From the NCBI GenBank assembly GCA_964057225.1, contig OZ059894.1:10664001-10728000 (forward strand): a stretch of DNA of 64,000 nt, read 5' to 3'. Below, in pieces: positions 1-12,782 of this stretch. Position 1 is the first letter of the stretch, and each line of letters starts with the position of its first letter. Origin of the DNA: Auanema rhodensis. Its lineage: Eukaryota; Animalia; Nematoda. The translations under genes were made by a program, and so were the position numbers. The notes beneath the pieces were generated by a model, which was given only the letters and a program-made list of their open reading frames with translations, searched no databases and had not been told where the DNA came from.

Positions 1-460
1 GTTGTTAACTTCAAGTTTTCTTATGGTACCTGAGCTTTACTTACAGCTTAAATTTTTTATGAGTTTGACGAACTTTATCCAGCGATTAAAATTTTTCTAG
101 CTTCTTTTGAGGCAGGCTAATACTTTAGTAGTTTTGTAAAAATTTTATTTCTACCATCTCTCTGTATATCACTGCTATCATCTCCTGCTTCTGTTTATTC
201 AAAATAATTGAATTGAGTAATAAGTATGAGATTGTGGGAGTCTCGTCGTCCTTTGCCATATTTGGCTAGAGGATTTACTAGATCATCTCGAAGGAACACT
301 ACCGGCAGTCGTCTTTCTTTATATTAACCGAAGACGACTTTTGTTTCATTAGTTACACTCTTCTCTATCTCCAATTTTCTATTTCTTTTCATAAGAGGTT
401 TTTGATAATTTTCTAAGATTTTTAAGTTACCTATCTTCAATGGTGTGTACTTAGAATAAG

Positions 461-1133
461 ATGTTTTTGCTCCTTTTACAATTAACTGCAACATTACAAG
501 CAGTTTCATTATCTGTAAGTAACATTAATAATTTTTGTATTGTTCAATATTTATTATTTTTCAAGGATGAAGACGTTAATTCCAACTATATTGGATCTTT
601 ATTTGATGTTAAAATACGTTTACCACCTAAAAATGCATCTGAACGACGACTTCATAAAGTTGTAGACCAAAGTTACGGTATGTTTTAGTTTTATTTCAAT
701 ATTAATGATATTGTATTAAAATGTTATTATTTCTATTTAATCGAGAAAATACAACCGCTCATTGTTTATAAATTTCGTAAAATAATATTTTTTATTATTA
801 TTTTAATCAATAAAGCATCATGTATGCTAATTAATTAAAACAATATTTTGTTTCATTTTTGAAATGAAACCAGAAAATAGAAAAACTGATTTTTCTAAAG
901 TGGTGCTCATCTATCGGAATTAAACAAATTTCTTGAATTCGAAACTAACTAATTTGTGATTGTGAACAAAGAAAGCATCCTGATAATGCACGTTCTTCTT
1001 AACCTTTGTGTACTCATTTCTGAACTCTCATCAGTCGTTTTGACCATTTTTAAACATCCCCAAGTTGTTATCACTTATCTCAGCTCTTCATACATATATC
1101 ACTCGTAATCATTCTTCCTCTAGCTCTCACTTA

Positions 1134-1195
<62 letters not shown>

Positions 1196-1673
1196 ACTCA
1201 CCCACCACATTGTTCTTTTTCTTTATTATTCTTTCTTGTTTTCTTTTTATCTCTCTATTTCTTAATTTTAGTCATTGGGAAGGGGGGGAGGAGGTTCTCA
1301 ACAACAATTGTCTTAATTAAAAATAAGCTGGACCACCCAGTTCTTTGCATAAGGTTTCTTCTACTTTTCTTTTCTTCTTTTTTTTCATTTCTGTTTAATT
1401 CTTCTGTTTAATACTGTCTCCAAATTCCGTCTTCTGCATTTAGACATGTGGACAGGCCACGTCTTTGAACGGATTCCGCAGATGAAGAAGGCTTCGGCTG
1501 TTATCAAGTGGACTGATGTGGTCACGACCATCTCCGAGAACCTCATGCCCACACAGCTCATTTCTCACACTTCCATTTATCTTTGGAATATCTCTGTTAA
1601 AACTCATTCCCAATTTGAAATATATGTTATTATATTTCTACTAAATAACTTTATATATTATATTACTTACTGA
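461..1673 (+). CDS. Putative small spliced gene of unknown function (may be the 3' part of a gene or pseudogene starting further upstream)
   Basis: Three phase-compatible exons: MFLLLLQLTATLQAVSLS/gtaagt..aag/DEDVNSNYIG...VDQSY-G/gtatg..tttag/AC-MWTGHVFERIPQMKK. The N-terminus is hydrophobic. No family recognised. Confidence 0.35.
1137..1192. repeat. (CT)n microsatellite
   Basis: Directly visible dinucleotide run. Confidence 0.95.
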
Positions 1674-3128
1674 TATCTTTATATATTCTTATATTCAATT
1701 TTCTTAATTTATATTTTGTTAAACAAATTTTTTTATTTTAAAACATGAATGTCTTTACTTTTTTTCTATCAATTTCCTTTTTTAGAAAAAAGTTGAAACA
1801 CATTACAGCAAATTCAAACAACGATCATTTTCTATTTGATAGCCAACGAAAAAGCGAATTATTTATGTTTTGAATTATCGAATCACAATGAAATTCTATT
1901 TTTTCCTTTCTTCTTGAAAATAATCGTCTTCTTGACTTGAATTTAATCTTATGCTTATCGTGAATAAGAGTGTGTTGATCCTCTCGTTAAGTGAAATCTC
2001 CACGTGCTCCTCCACCCTTCAAACTTTCATTCATTTCTTTCCCACCTCCCTATCTTTCCTACTATTTTTATACTTCTCCGAAATCATTACACTCTCTCAC
2101 CTCCATTTTCTGTTTGAGTTGGTCACTCGACTCCGTCAACTTCATATCAACTATGAAAGCAACAAGTGACCTAAAGCATCATTGTCTTATAAGAAACGGT
2201 TAGCTAGCATGCATTACGCAGTTTGATGAAAGTTTTCAAGTGATTCAAACAATTTTTTGACCCGAAAAGGAAAGAGTGTGATTGTGATATGGAAGGAATA
2301 TGTGGTCTTTATTCCGACAGAAGTAGCTTGCATCCGTGTGAAGAGTCTCAGATTCACTCCACCTAAGCTTGACTGTTGACCAGTGTACGGTTTCATCTCA
2401 GAAAAGCTCATAGGATATATATGTAGCTTGAACATTTCTTTTCTCTTTGTGTTTCATCTTCCATTGTTTTAAAATCTGAATATAATATACATAAAGTATC
2501 ATATCTGAACTTCGATTTATTTGCCTTTCAAAATAGATTGACATTCAATATTTTAAGCTCTGTTATGACTCCTATTGTTGAGAAAAAGATAAATTAAACG
2601 ACAAGATGAGCTGAGAAATCCGTATGTCGTTTCTCTGTCAAATCTCTCTTTGCTGTTTGTTGTTCTCACTTATGCAGAAGATTCGGGTCAGAGGTAGAAG
2701 TCGAAAGAGCAGCTACAACTAAAATTTCTCACTGGAGCTTGTAGACTATTGAAATATCGTCAGATAGCTCTTCTGTTCTTCAATCATTCAAATGTACATA
2801 TACGTCTCGTTCTATTTCTATTACAATTACCTGTCTCTCCCTACCTCATACCATATTTCACCTAATATCTCCGACGTTTGTTCTCACATTTCATTGTCGG
2901 CGGCGAACACAAACCATACATAGTAGTTTGTAAATTTCTAAAAAGCAAGCTCTAGAAAACACTGAGTTATCCTATTATTTCTTATTTTTTTCTTTTTTTA
3001 AATTGACCACAAACTGCTTTTCTTCTAATTTTTTCTCCAATTTTCTCTTTTCGTTCAACGATAGTTGCTTTAAAGATTTAAAACAATTACTTTTAGCTGT
3101 ATGATTTCATACATGTGATGAGGTTATT

Positions 3129-6100
3129 ATGATTTTACAATTTCCTTCGAGCAATACAAACATTTTTTGTACTTGGATCTTGTTGACAAGTACAGCAACA
3201 AGTCTTTTCAACAACTTTTTATCCGGACATTGTATTTTCTTCTTACTTTTTTGCTCATCATACTGTGTTAGAGCTGATCAACTGGTGCAGCCTACTATAA
3301 TCTCAAAAGTCAATTATGATGGTTTGTTATCTAAAATTAGAAAAAACATAAATGAAAACTAATAATTAATATTATTTAATATTATAAACTTATAAATGAA
3401 ATATATATTTTAAGATTTCTCACTACTATGTGCTGAAGGAATTCCACTATTGATGGAAGATCACCGACCACGTCCCTGCCAACCGAAACCTTGGCTTGAA
3501 GACCAGAGGTAAAAGCTTAAACTTGAATCATAAAACATTTTTTATGACAATAATATGTCTTTTAATTCAAACTCGAATGCTTCAGATGTCCTAGAGGATT
3601 TTGGTGCCACGAAGGTGAGGATACCTCAGCCCATTACTGTTGTCCTCAAAGTCGACGAGGTAAACCTTTACAAAACTTAGATCTAAATATATATTTAACT
3701 TATAATTTATATTTTTTGAATATAATATTCTCTATAATAATACAATTCAGTTAAAAATTTCTGTCATTTACCTCCTGCTACTGGATTTGGTAAACAGTCA
3801 ATTCGTCGTTTCTATTATGATTGGAAAACAGATGGATGTCATGAGCTCCTTTATACTGGTATTGGTGGAAATCAAAACAGTTTCTTAACTTACGATCGTT
3901 GTGAAACAACTTGTAGAGGTTCAAATACTAAAATAAGGTTACATATTCATACAAATCCTCTTTAGGAGCTGGTGAACCTCCAAAATCGGTTCAATTAGCA
4001 ATTAAAACTCCACAAGATAAAATAGACAAAGGTGGTCGTAAAGTTAATAAAGAAAGTTCTGTTAAACCCAATATTCCGGAAATAAAACAGATATCAACAG
4101 CATCTTTACCACCTATTATATTAGCCACAAATCCTCCTATGACAACAGGTATTTCATATTGGAGAAAGCCTAAACTAAGGAGTTTTTAGCAAAAATTGTC
4201 AAAAAACCGATCGAAGTTGTGACAACGATGAAACCTTTCATCCCAGTATCAGAAGTACAAACTAGAAAGCCAAAACCAGCAAAAATAAGTTTTGCAACTA
4301 CAACAACAACAACAAACCGACCGAAAGTTATCACAACTACTAGAGCAGCTTTTAAAGAATCTTCTAACCCATGTAATGAAGTACCAAATCCAGGGCAAAG
4401 TGGTGGTCTTGCCAAACAAATGTTTGTAAATAAATTAAAAACTTATATTTTCTTTTGTTAAAACAGGTGGTACTTTGATTCAACTGGATTAACTTGTGTA
4501 CAGTTTACATATTTGGGAATTGGAGGAAATTCTAACAAATTCGAAACAGCTAGTGATTGTATACGAATATGTGGTATAGGTAAATAATTATTTTCAATAA
4601 TACAATACGTCATGAATGATGATTTTTAGGAAAACCTACTCGAAAATCTTGTGATTTACCTCCAGCCATTGGAGATGGATCATATAAGGTAAGTTGAATT
4701 TCTAAGAAATTTGAAAGAAAAACCATGTTAATTCAGATTCCCAGATATTATTTTGATTCTTCAACTAAACAATGTGAATTATTCTATTATTCTGGTAATA
4801 ATGGAAATGATAATAGATTTTATAAAAAACATAAATGTGAACGATTATGTCTTGGAAGTATATATATACTATTCTATTATTTTACTTTTTCAATATTTTT
4901 CTAGAAAAACAAAAGAAAAAAGAACATTCAACCATATCTCCAATTGTATTTACTAAACCTACGCGAGCTCCTGCTAGAATTATTCAAAATCTGGTATCTG
5001 CTGAAACACAAAGTAAGATCAAACAAATCGAAATCAAGTTTTCTTTTTTTCTTCTTCTAGTAATTCATTATTGAAATCTTTTTAGAACCAATTGTACATG
5101 TATTTGAGAAATTGCCTACCCAACTACCCGAAAAATCAACAACCAATGTTCCCCATTTCATTTTCACAACAAAATCAGCAAGTACTACTGTTGAATCATA
5201 TCCAACATTGGTTTATGTCCCAACAGGTAAATATTATTTATGTTTATTATAAAAATTATTGTTTTTTTAAGAATATTCAACAACTTCAATTCCTGTATCT
5301 CCCAATGTAATTGAAGCTGTTACACCAAATGTTGATCACATCTTCTCAAACCTTATGTCAAAACAGGCAAATATAAGAAATTATCTTCTTTTTTCATTTT
5401 GTATGTATTTTAGCTTAAGCCTGGTATGTTACCTTCTATCAACCCAATTGCTTCAACAAATGCTCGATCAGAAGAACCTCCGGCACCGCTGCCTCCTATT
5501 ATTGAGCAGTTAGGAAACAAGATTTCTGGATCATCTTCGGAGTTTACCAATAATGAACTCGGTTCTATGTGGAATATTCCTTCAGTCCAAACAAATAATT
5601 ATAACTCTAAGAATATACAAGAAGTTCCTCAAGTTGTTGAACGCCCACCTTCACCTCTATCTCCAGTACCAATTACCGTTTCTGTTGAAGGTACTGTCTC
5701 AACGTTCCCATCAAGTTGGCCATCTTCTCATAATATTCCTGGATCTATTCCACCTCCGCAAGTGCCATCTCCTCAATCACCAATATCATCAATTGAGTCA
5801 TCAGCTTCTATTCCTCCAATATATCCAACAGTACAAACATATGTGGAAACATATACTAAAGCACCATTAGTTGCTTCAACTCTAACTCAAAATCAACTTC
5901 CTCCTGTTATGCCTCCTCAACAGCCACACCTAATATCATATCCTGCTCCGAACGTTCCTTCAGTAGTTTCGATTCCACCACCAATATACCAAACAACCAA
6001 TTTGACTTTCTCGTCACAGCCAGGGTCACCAGCAGTCGCGAATTCTGTTGTATCTCAATTTCCATACAACTTTATATTCAATAGAACAGAAGATTTGTCG

Positions 6101-8243
6101 TCGCCGTCCGGCTTTAACTTTGTTTCTCAACCTGCTGTTCAAACTCAGAATGTTGAGCAGCCCATTGTTAACTCTTGGCCAGGAACAGTGCCATTAGTTT
6201 CGTCGTCGTATGCCTCACAATCGTCTTCATCATCAACGTCTACAAGCGGATCTCGATTCCCTACTGAAGTCCTTCCATCATCAGTATCAGAACCAAATTC
6301 TCAGCAATCGTTCAATGTTCATTCGATCCCCACAGATACGTATACATTGAATTTGACAGAATTTTGGCCACAGCAGCAAATACACATATCAAATCCTTCA
6401 CAATACCAAACTGGGAATGTTCAACCTCATATTGAAGAGCCAACTGCTACAATTGTACCAATTCCGCCTGTTCTTAATTTTACTGTAAGTTGAAATATTA
6501 ATCTTTTAATTAAATTATAATTTAAATTTAGTTTGGTACTTTAAATAAGAATACTAATAACAATAGCGCAAATTCACCTTGTCTTTATCCAATTATTGGT
6601 GATCCCATTATATTATGTGAAAGCCAACCTGGAATTTGTCCACATCGTAGCTTCTGCCAAATTGGAGAAGGACAAAGCATGTGTTGCCCTGTTATTGGTA
6701 TGAATAAAGAGATCTTTTTCAAATATTTGTGTTGGAATTTTTTCAGACAATAATCCTTGCGCTCAGCCAACTGAATCAGGAGTTGGTCAATCCAAACTTA
6801 TTCGATGGACTTATGATGCATCAAGCTCACAATGTATTCCATTCTTATTTAAAGGATTTAAGGCAAGATATCAAATGGTTTTCAATTCAATTATATTTTC
6901 TTCAGGGGAACCAGAATAATTTCATTGATTTTAACCAATGCTTAATAGGATGCCGTGCAACATCTATATGCTCATCTGGGTCCAAGCCTGTTTTACCTTT
7001 AAATGCAACTCAATCGTATGCTTATAAATCTAAAGAGTATTTCAATTCAAGATTTGCTTAGGTGTTCTGCTTCTAATCCATGTCCCGAAAATTCGATGTG
7101 TCATTCTACATCAGGATATGGAGTTTGCTGTCCAACAAGTGTCAAAGTAACAACAATGTCTTCAAATATAGAGCTTCAACCATCGACATTTGATAATGAA
7201 GGTAATAACTTATTCTAGATAATATATAAATATAACAAATGCTGTTTAGATCCTTGCTCACCAATCACAGATCAAGGATATGGTTTAGAATTACATCATC
7301 GTTGGTCGTTTGATCCGTTAAAGAATGATTGTATATCTTTCATTTATAAAGGAAGGGGTGGTAATAAAAATAACTTTGTTACTAAAAACGATTGTCAAGC
7401 CATTTGCAAAGGTTTGTCTTAAATCCTTGAAAAAGAAAAAAGTTAATTCTATATTCAGCACCCGACAGAGTGCCTGGAAAGTGCTTGGAACCACCTAGAA
7501 GTGGAAATGGAAACCAATATCTTACTCGTTACTTCTATTCACCGGAATATCGACAATGCTTGAAATTCATATATTCTGGAGTTGGTGGTAATGATAATAA
7601 CTTTGATAGTCAAGTTGAATGCTTGGAAACATGTGTAGCAAACGGAGTTAAATTCAGTTGTAGGTTTTTTGCAGTAAATCTGGAAAAAAATCAACATTTA
7701 GCTCTTGGAACAACACCACCACCTTCATATTCTTTCACATTTTTGAAACAACCCGTTTGTCCTCAAGGAAATGCTCTATTAGATGCAAATGGAGAACCAG
7801 TTCGTTGTGAAGCTAATCAGAACCAGAACTGTCCATCTGACCATATATGCCGAAATATGGGTTCAGTTTCATATTGTTGCCCAGCGCCAGGTACACTAAC
7901 TTTGTAATAGCTAACTTAATTCATTTTTTAGAATCTTTCTGTCTACAAAGTAGACCAGCACTCTCTGTATGTTCAGCTGGCGGAATGCCAGTTCAAGAAA
8001 TTAGATTTACTTATGATCCTCTAGCGGATAAATGCGTTAGATTTACATATGAAAACTGTTCGAAGACCTCTTCAACTTCAAACATTTTCAATACAAAACC
8101 TCAATGTATGAAGTTATGTTGCAACCAGGTAAATCAAACAAGTCTCGAATTAAATAAATTTATAATTATAGGGACTCAATCTTATTTATAAGAAAAAGTT
8201 ATTAAAAATGATGATGAACGATGATCCGGTTGTTTCTCGTTAA
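3129..8243 (+). CDS. Secreted multi-Kunitz/BPTI protein with WR1/lustrin-type Cys repeats and Pro/Ser/Thr-rich spacers (multi-exon)
   Basis: Seven Kunitz units (e.g. CHLPPATG..RFYYDWKTDGCHELLYTGIGGNQNSF...C; CLEPPRSG..RYFYSPEYRQCLKFIYSGVGGNDNNF), four C..G.P....C....CP....C....CCP repeats, and a long P/S/T exon at 5414-6484. Stop TAA at 8241-8243. Start codon uncertain. Confidence 0.9.
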
Positions 8244-8707
8244 AATGAAAAGACACACACACTCTCGACCTGTTCTTAGCCAGAAAAATTAGAGAAATGT
8301 TTACAGTTTTAAGTATTAAAATCGTGATGATGACTATTATTCTTGGAAATTTGTTCAAAAACCTCAGTATGGGTAAATTGTAGATTTCACTGTTTATTTA
8401 TTTAAGTTGTTAACAATTATATTCAATAATAAATTATTTTAAAAACATATATGATACAATTGTAATATTATATCTTAAAGCTAGCATATATGGCACAGGC
8501 ATTAAATGTATAAAACCAGTGATTTTTAATGCCGTTTAAGCATTTAAAACGATAGAGATATGTTTAGTTCAACAACCTCTTCTCACAACAAACAGGAATA
8601 CTGAGATAATATATGATCCGATTAATTATCAGGAACTGTCGAAATACCAATAGCTCAATTCTCATTATTACTTAGTAAACTCTACTATATGTTAAGAAGT
8701 TAATGGG

Positions 8708-11700
8708 CTAGTTAAAGCTATGTAAAAAGTTTAAAACACCCAACATGAGAGATCCAGTAAAAGCTGCATCATCCAAAGTCTAAAAATAATACAAATATTA
8801 GTAAGAAATTTGAAAAAATTAAAACCATAGGTGAGAATTGCCAATTATTATAGCCATAGCCGATGATAATTGTACTGATTGCAACCTGTAAGATATTCAT
8901 CAATTAAATTAAAATAAGATACGGATACGGATACTGACTTTAGACAATGAGGGTCCAAATGAAACACGAAGAATAGACGAAAGCCGAGATCCAATTCTTG
9001 ACTTTAATATGATATATAAGAAAACAGGTAGAGAACGTGAAACACATTCATCAATGTTTGGAATTCCTGGAAAATAGTTTTAATACTTAAAACTTCATAT
9101 TAGAAAACCTGGAAGTTGTTTAATGTTTTCAATTGTTTGTCTTCTATAAACAGCCGAGAGACCTATGGCTCCATTAACAATAGAGCAGAGACCAGCTAAA
9201 CATACGCTATTTAACCCATCAGAACTCTATAAGTAAAATAATACATATTGCTAATAAAATTGAAATACCTTGATAACCATAACTGAAGTTAATCCTATAC
9301 ATAAACTAGCCATATAAGGATTCAAAGTTGCGCAAATGCAAGCAAGACTTAGTAATATAGCTTGATATGCTCTTAATATAGCAGTAGGCAAACTGTAAGA
9401 AGAATTATATTAATTTTAAATTTTAAACAAATTGGATACTTAATAATAAGCCAAAGTGGAAATCTGAAGACTAATCTTACAACAACGAATACTGCTAATA
9501 TTGAAGTAAAAGTAACATATTGCTCAATGAATAGATTACTATACAAGGCAAGGACGCTTAAAACAAAACATTAATATGAAGGTTAAGATATGTTAAACAA
9601 ACCCTCCACAAAGAACTGTGAAACATGCCCAAATACCATGTTGAACAGTTGTCTTCAAATCTTCTTAAATAAAAATAGATTTGAAAATTATAAAAAGAAT
9701 AAGTTTACTGAAAGTTTGTAGTGCTTCGACCAAAACAATCAGACTATTGAGATAGATCACTCCACATGCAACAGTATTCAGATTCATAAGTGATATCTAT
9801 AAGAAATGGAAAATACCATAAAGTAAATTGGATACCTTACCCTATACCAAGTTCTAAAAATATCAACAATAATGAAAAAATTGTATTCACAATTTTCTTT
9901 ACCCTGTAGTAATGAAATTCCATAATCTATAATAAAGATATTTTAGGATACATCTCATCCAACTTTTGTTTTCACCTGTTTTTCCTTCTTGTGCCCAATA
10001 CCAAGTACGGAGTGTTTGGTTAGTAGATTTAAATGATGTCCGTTGATATCCATTGGGATAAACCACGTAATACAAAGTATCTAGGAAATAACTGGTAAAC
10101 TAATCATTCTTTGACATATCACCTGGTGCGCAGCTATGATTCAAATAAACATTTACTGTTAAAATTAACTTAGTATCCAAATCAATCATCATAATCTCCT
10201 TTGCTCTCTGAATATACTTAATGTAGATGATGCGACAATTCGTTGATTACCGTCATTTTAAGACCAGATTTCCATAATCCAATATGGCCGTTATCAAACA
10301 GTCCTAGTGGATTTCGTCGTTGCGAAGCCATACTAAATGTGGAACATTAATTCTAATACTAAAATAAATATATTTACTCTTCATGAAGGCTCTTAGGGAA
10401 TATTGTTAGTTCCTTCTTCCTTATTTTTCTGACAATATCAGATGTTGGCATTCTTTCGTTCTGACGTTTTGCCTCCATGTAATACGAAAGAGACCTGGTC
10501 ACATGCCTAAAAACCTGACAATTATTACGAAAAACCAGATATTCGGATTTGGAATTAGATTTGTTTAAAAGTTAATATTGTATGAAATCCTAAGGTAATT
10601 TTTCATTTCATTTTATTTATAATATGAAGCGGTTGTAAAATAGAATCTAGAATTTTATACAGGTTAGCGATAATGATTTGTATGAAACATATGTATTTCT
10701 ATACCTTAACGTTTGTAAAATAAGATTAGTTATTGTTTTACCTCACTAGTTGATTACACCATAAGATGCATAAATGATCAACAGGCGTGTTTACTGCTGC
10801 AATACTCCAACTTGGCAAAGAACAAGCCTATACTCAATATTTTGTTAAAGAATATTGACAAAGTTTACTCTAGATATATTAGTTAGATGGTCCGGGACCA
10901 AGAAATCCTTTTCTCCTCCACTATATGATAAAATTCCCACATTAGATAGCTCTTTTCGTTTAACCTGAAAGTGAAGTATTTGCTTTAAAAAAAACGAAAT
11001 TCCAACCCCCCAAGCAGTATGCATTTCTCTATAAAATTCAACGATCCGATTATCCGTAAAAACAGCTGAAAAAATATTATTTCGCTTTCATTTTGAAAAT
11101 AAGATAACTGACGTGCACCGCCTAGTGGCGCGGCTAATGTTATGATAAGATCGAGAGAAGATAAATCAAATTTTGGATGTGCTGGCAGACTGTAGGCAAG
11201 TACACCGCCAAGCGAATGACCAATTAGGATAACCTAAGAATTATTAGTATTATAAACCTTTCACTTCTTTTGATACTTTTTTATAATAGCATTTAGAATG
11301 CATCCTCTGTAGAAAGCCTATGGCTTCTTTAAGAAATTCTCGTTGTTGATATAAAATTCTACCACTCAATATTGAATGTTCCTATAAACCAAACAAATAC
11401 TCTTCAAGTTTGTTTTACGATATACCTCTTTGAAGTCAACTGTGAAAAATTGTAATTTAAATGGGAATCTTTGCTGTGTTGTTTTATTCATCATAACTGA
11501 CGCTATTGATCGAACCTTAAAAGTTTTGCTGACTTCTGAATCATTTAATTCAAAACCTGTTGGTATGAACCCGCACTCCCCGGTATAAAAAGTACTGGTA
11601 CATCATCTGGTTGAGGATTTCTTGAACATTCAATTCAACCATTATAAAATAACAACTTAAAACTTACAGCTCACGAACATGCCCTTCAAAATATCTCAGC

Positions 11701-11914
11701 AGTGAATATCCTGTATTCGCTGAATCTGTTAGAAGGGGCTAAAATTATTGTTTGAGAGCTCTTCGTTTCGAAAAAAATAAATTACATAAAACGATATTTG
11801 TCTCCACATGTAAGTCATTCCACAACTATTTTTTTCATGAATGGAAGTGTGAGTGTTGTACAACCCATAGAGTAATCCTAAAGCCAAAACACCTAAGACA
11901 TTTAATATTGCCAT
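8708..11914 (-). CDS. pgap-1: GPI inositol-deacylase PGAP1/Bst1 (multi-exon)
   Basis: N-terminal TM followed by NSCGMTYMW, PVLFIPGSAGSYQQVRSIAS, lipase motif LIGHSLGG (~11205-11230), GGEKDFLVP, and a multi-TM C-terminus ending LHSFN*. Confidence 0.9.
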
Positions 11915-12782
11915 GTTACATGAATACTTTTTCCTGCAACAATTTTGATTAACTTCAAACAGAATGTTTATAATTTCTCGTAAAAGCATTTAAATGATTC
12001 AGGAATATTTTCCTTTTAGAATAATATAAGAGACATAACAAGTAAGTTTTTAATGCGATCATTTTTGGTTTGAACTAATGAATAAGTCTTTGGTTTACAT
12101 AACGTAAATTGGGTCAGGCAAACATTACATAAAAGGAATAAAAAGGACAAGAGACGTGGAAAAGGGTTCGACCATACAATTATATGTTCTTATATATTCA
12201 CATACTTTAAAATAGAATGAGATTTCAGTCAAAACTTGCAGTTCCTCTTCGAATTCGTTTTAACGATTATCGATGAAAGCTCTAAGACTAGCCCTCTAAG
12301 AAACTTGATGAAGCTTGATGAGCACGTAGCCATTTTTGTATACACGTCGCGTCTCTTTTTTGGCCTCTGATTTTATTTGCAATGTAGAAACTTACTAACA
12401 TAGCAACTTCGTCATTCTATGTTGAAATGTTTACTTAAATCCGTGCACATTGATATATTTTCATTTATGATATAGTTTACAAAGCTATTAGGTGCTTAAA
12501 AACAATTATACAACTTTTACACTTTACATCTTCCTTGTGCTTCTTTTCCATTTTTTTTGCTATCTTACATTTTTCAGCTGTTTTCGTTTGTTTTAGTATT
12601 CGACAGTGTGCTAGCCTTAGAATTGATTATCATTCCTTTCACCAAAATTAATAAACCTATAACTTTTCTGCTCCTAGTTCTTCACAAAGTTCAACAAAGC
12701 CATATGTTTTATCCTTGTCTTATTTAACCTATTTGTTATTCGTCATCCAAAGCTTATCTTCATTTTTAAGCGAACAGCTCAA

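Noticed and set aside
1-460. Hydrophobic, receptor-like peptide fragments on the plus strand
   Set aside because: In-frame stops, no consistent splice chain, and truncated by the window edge
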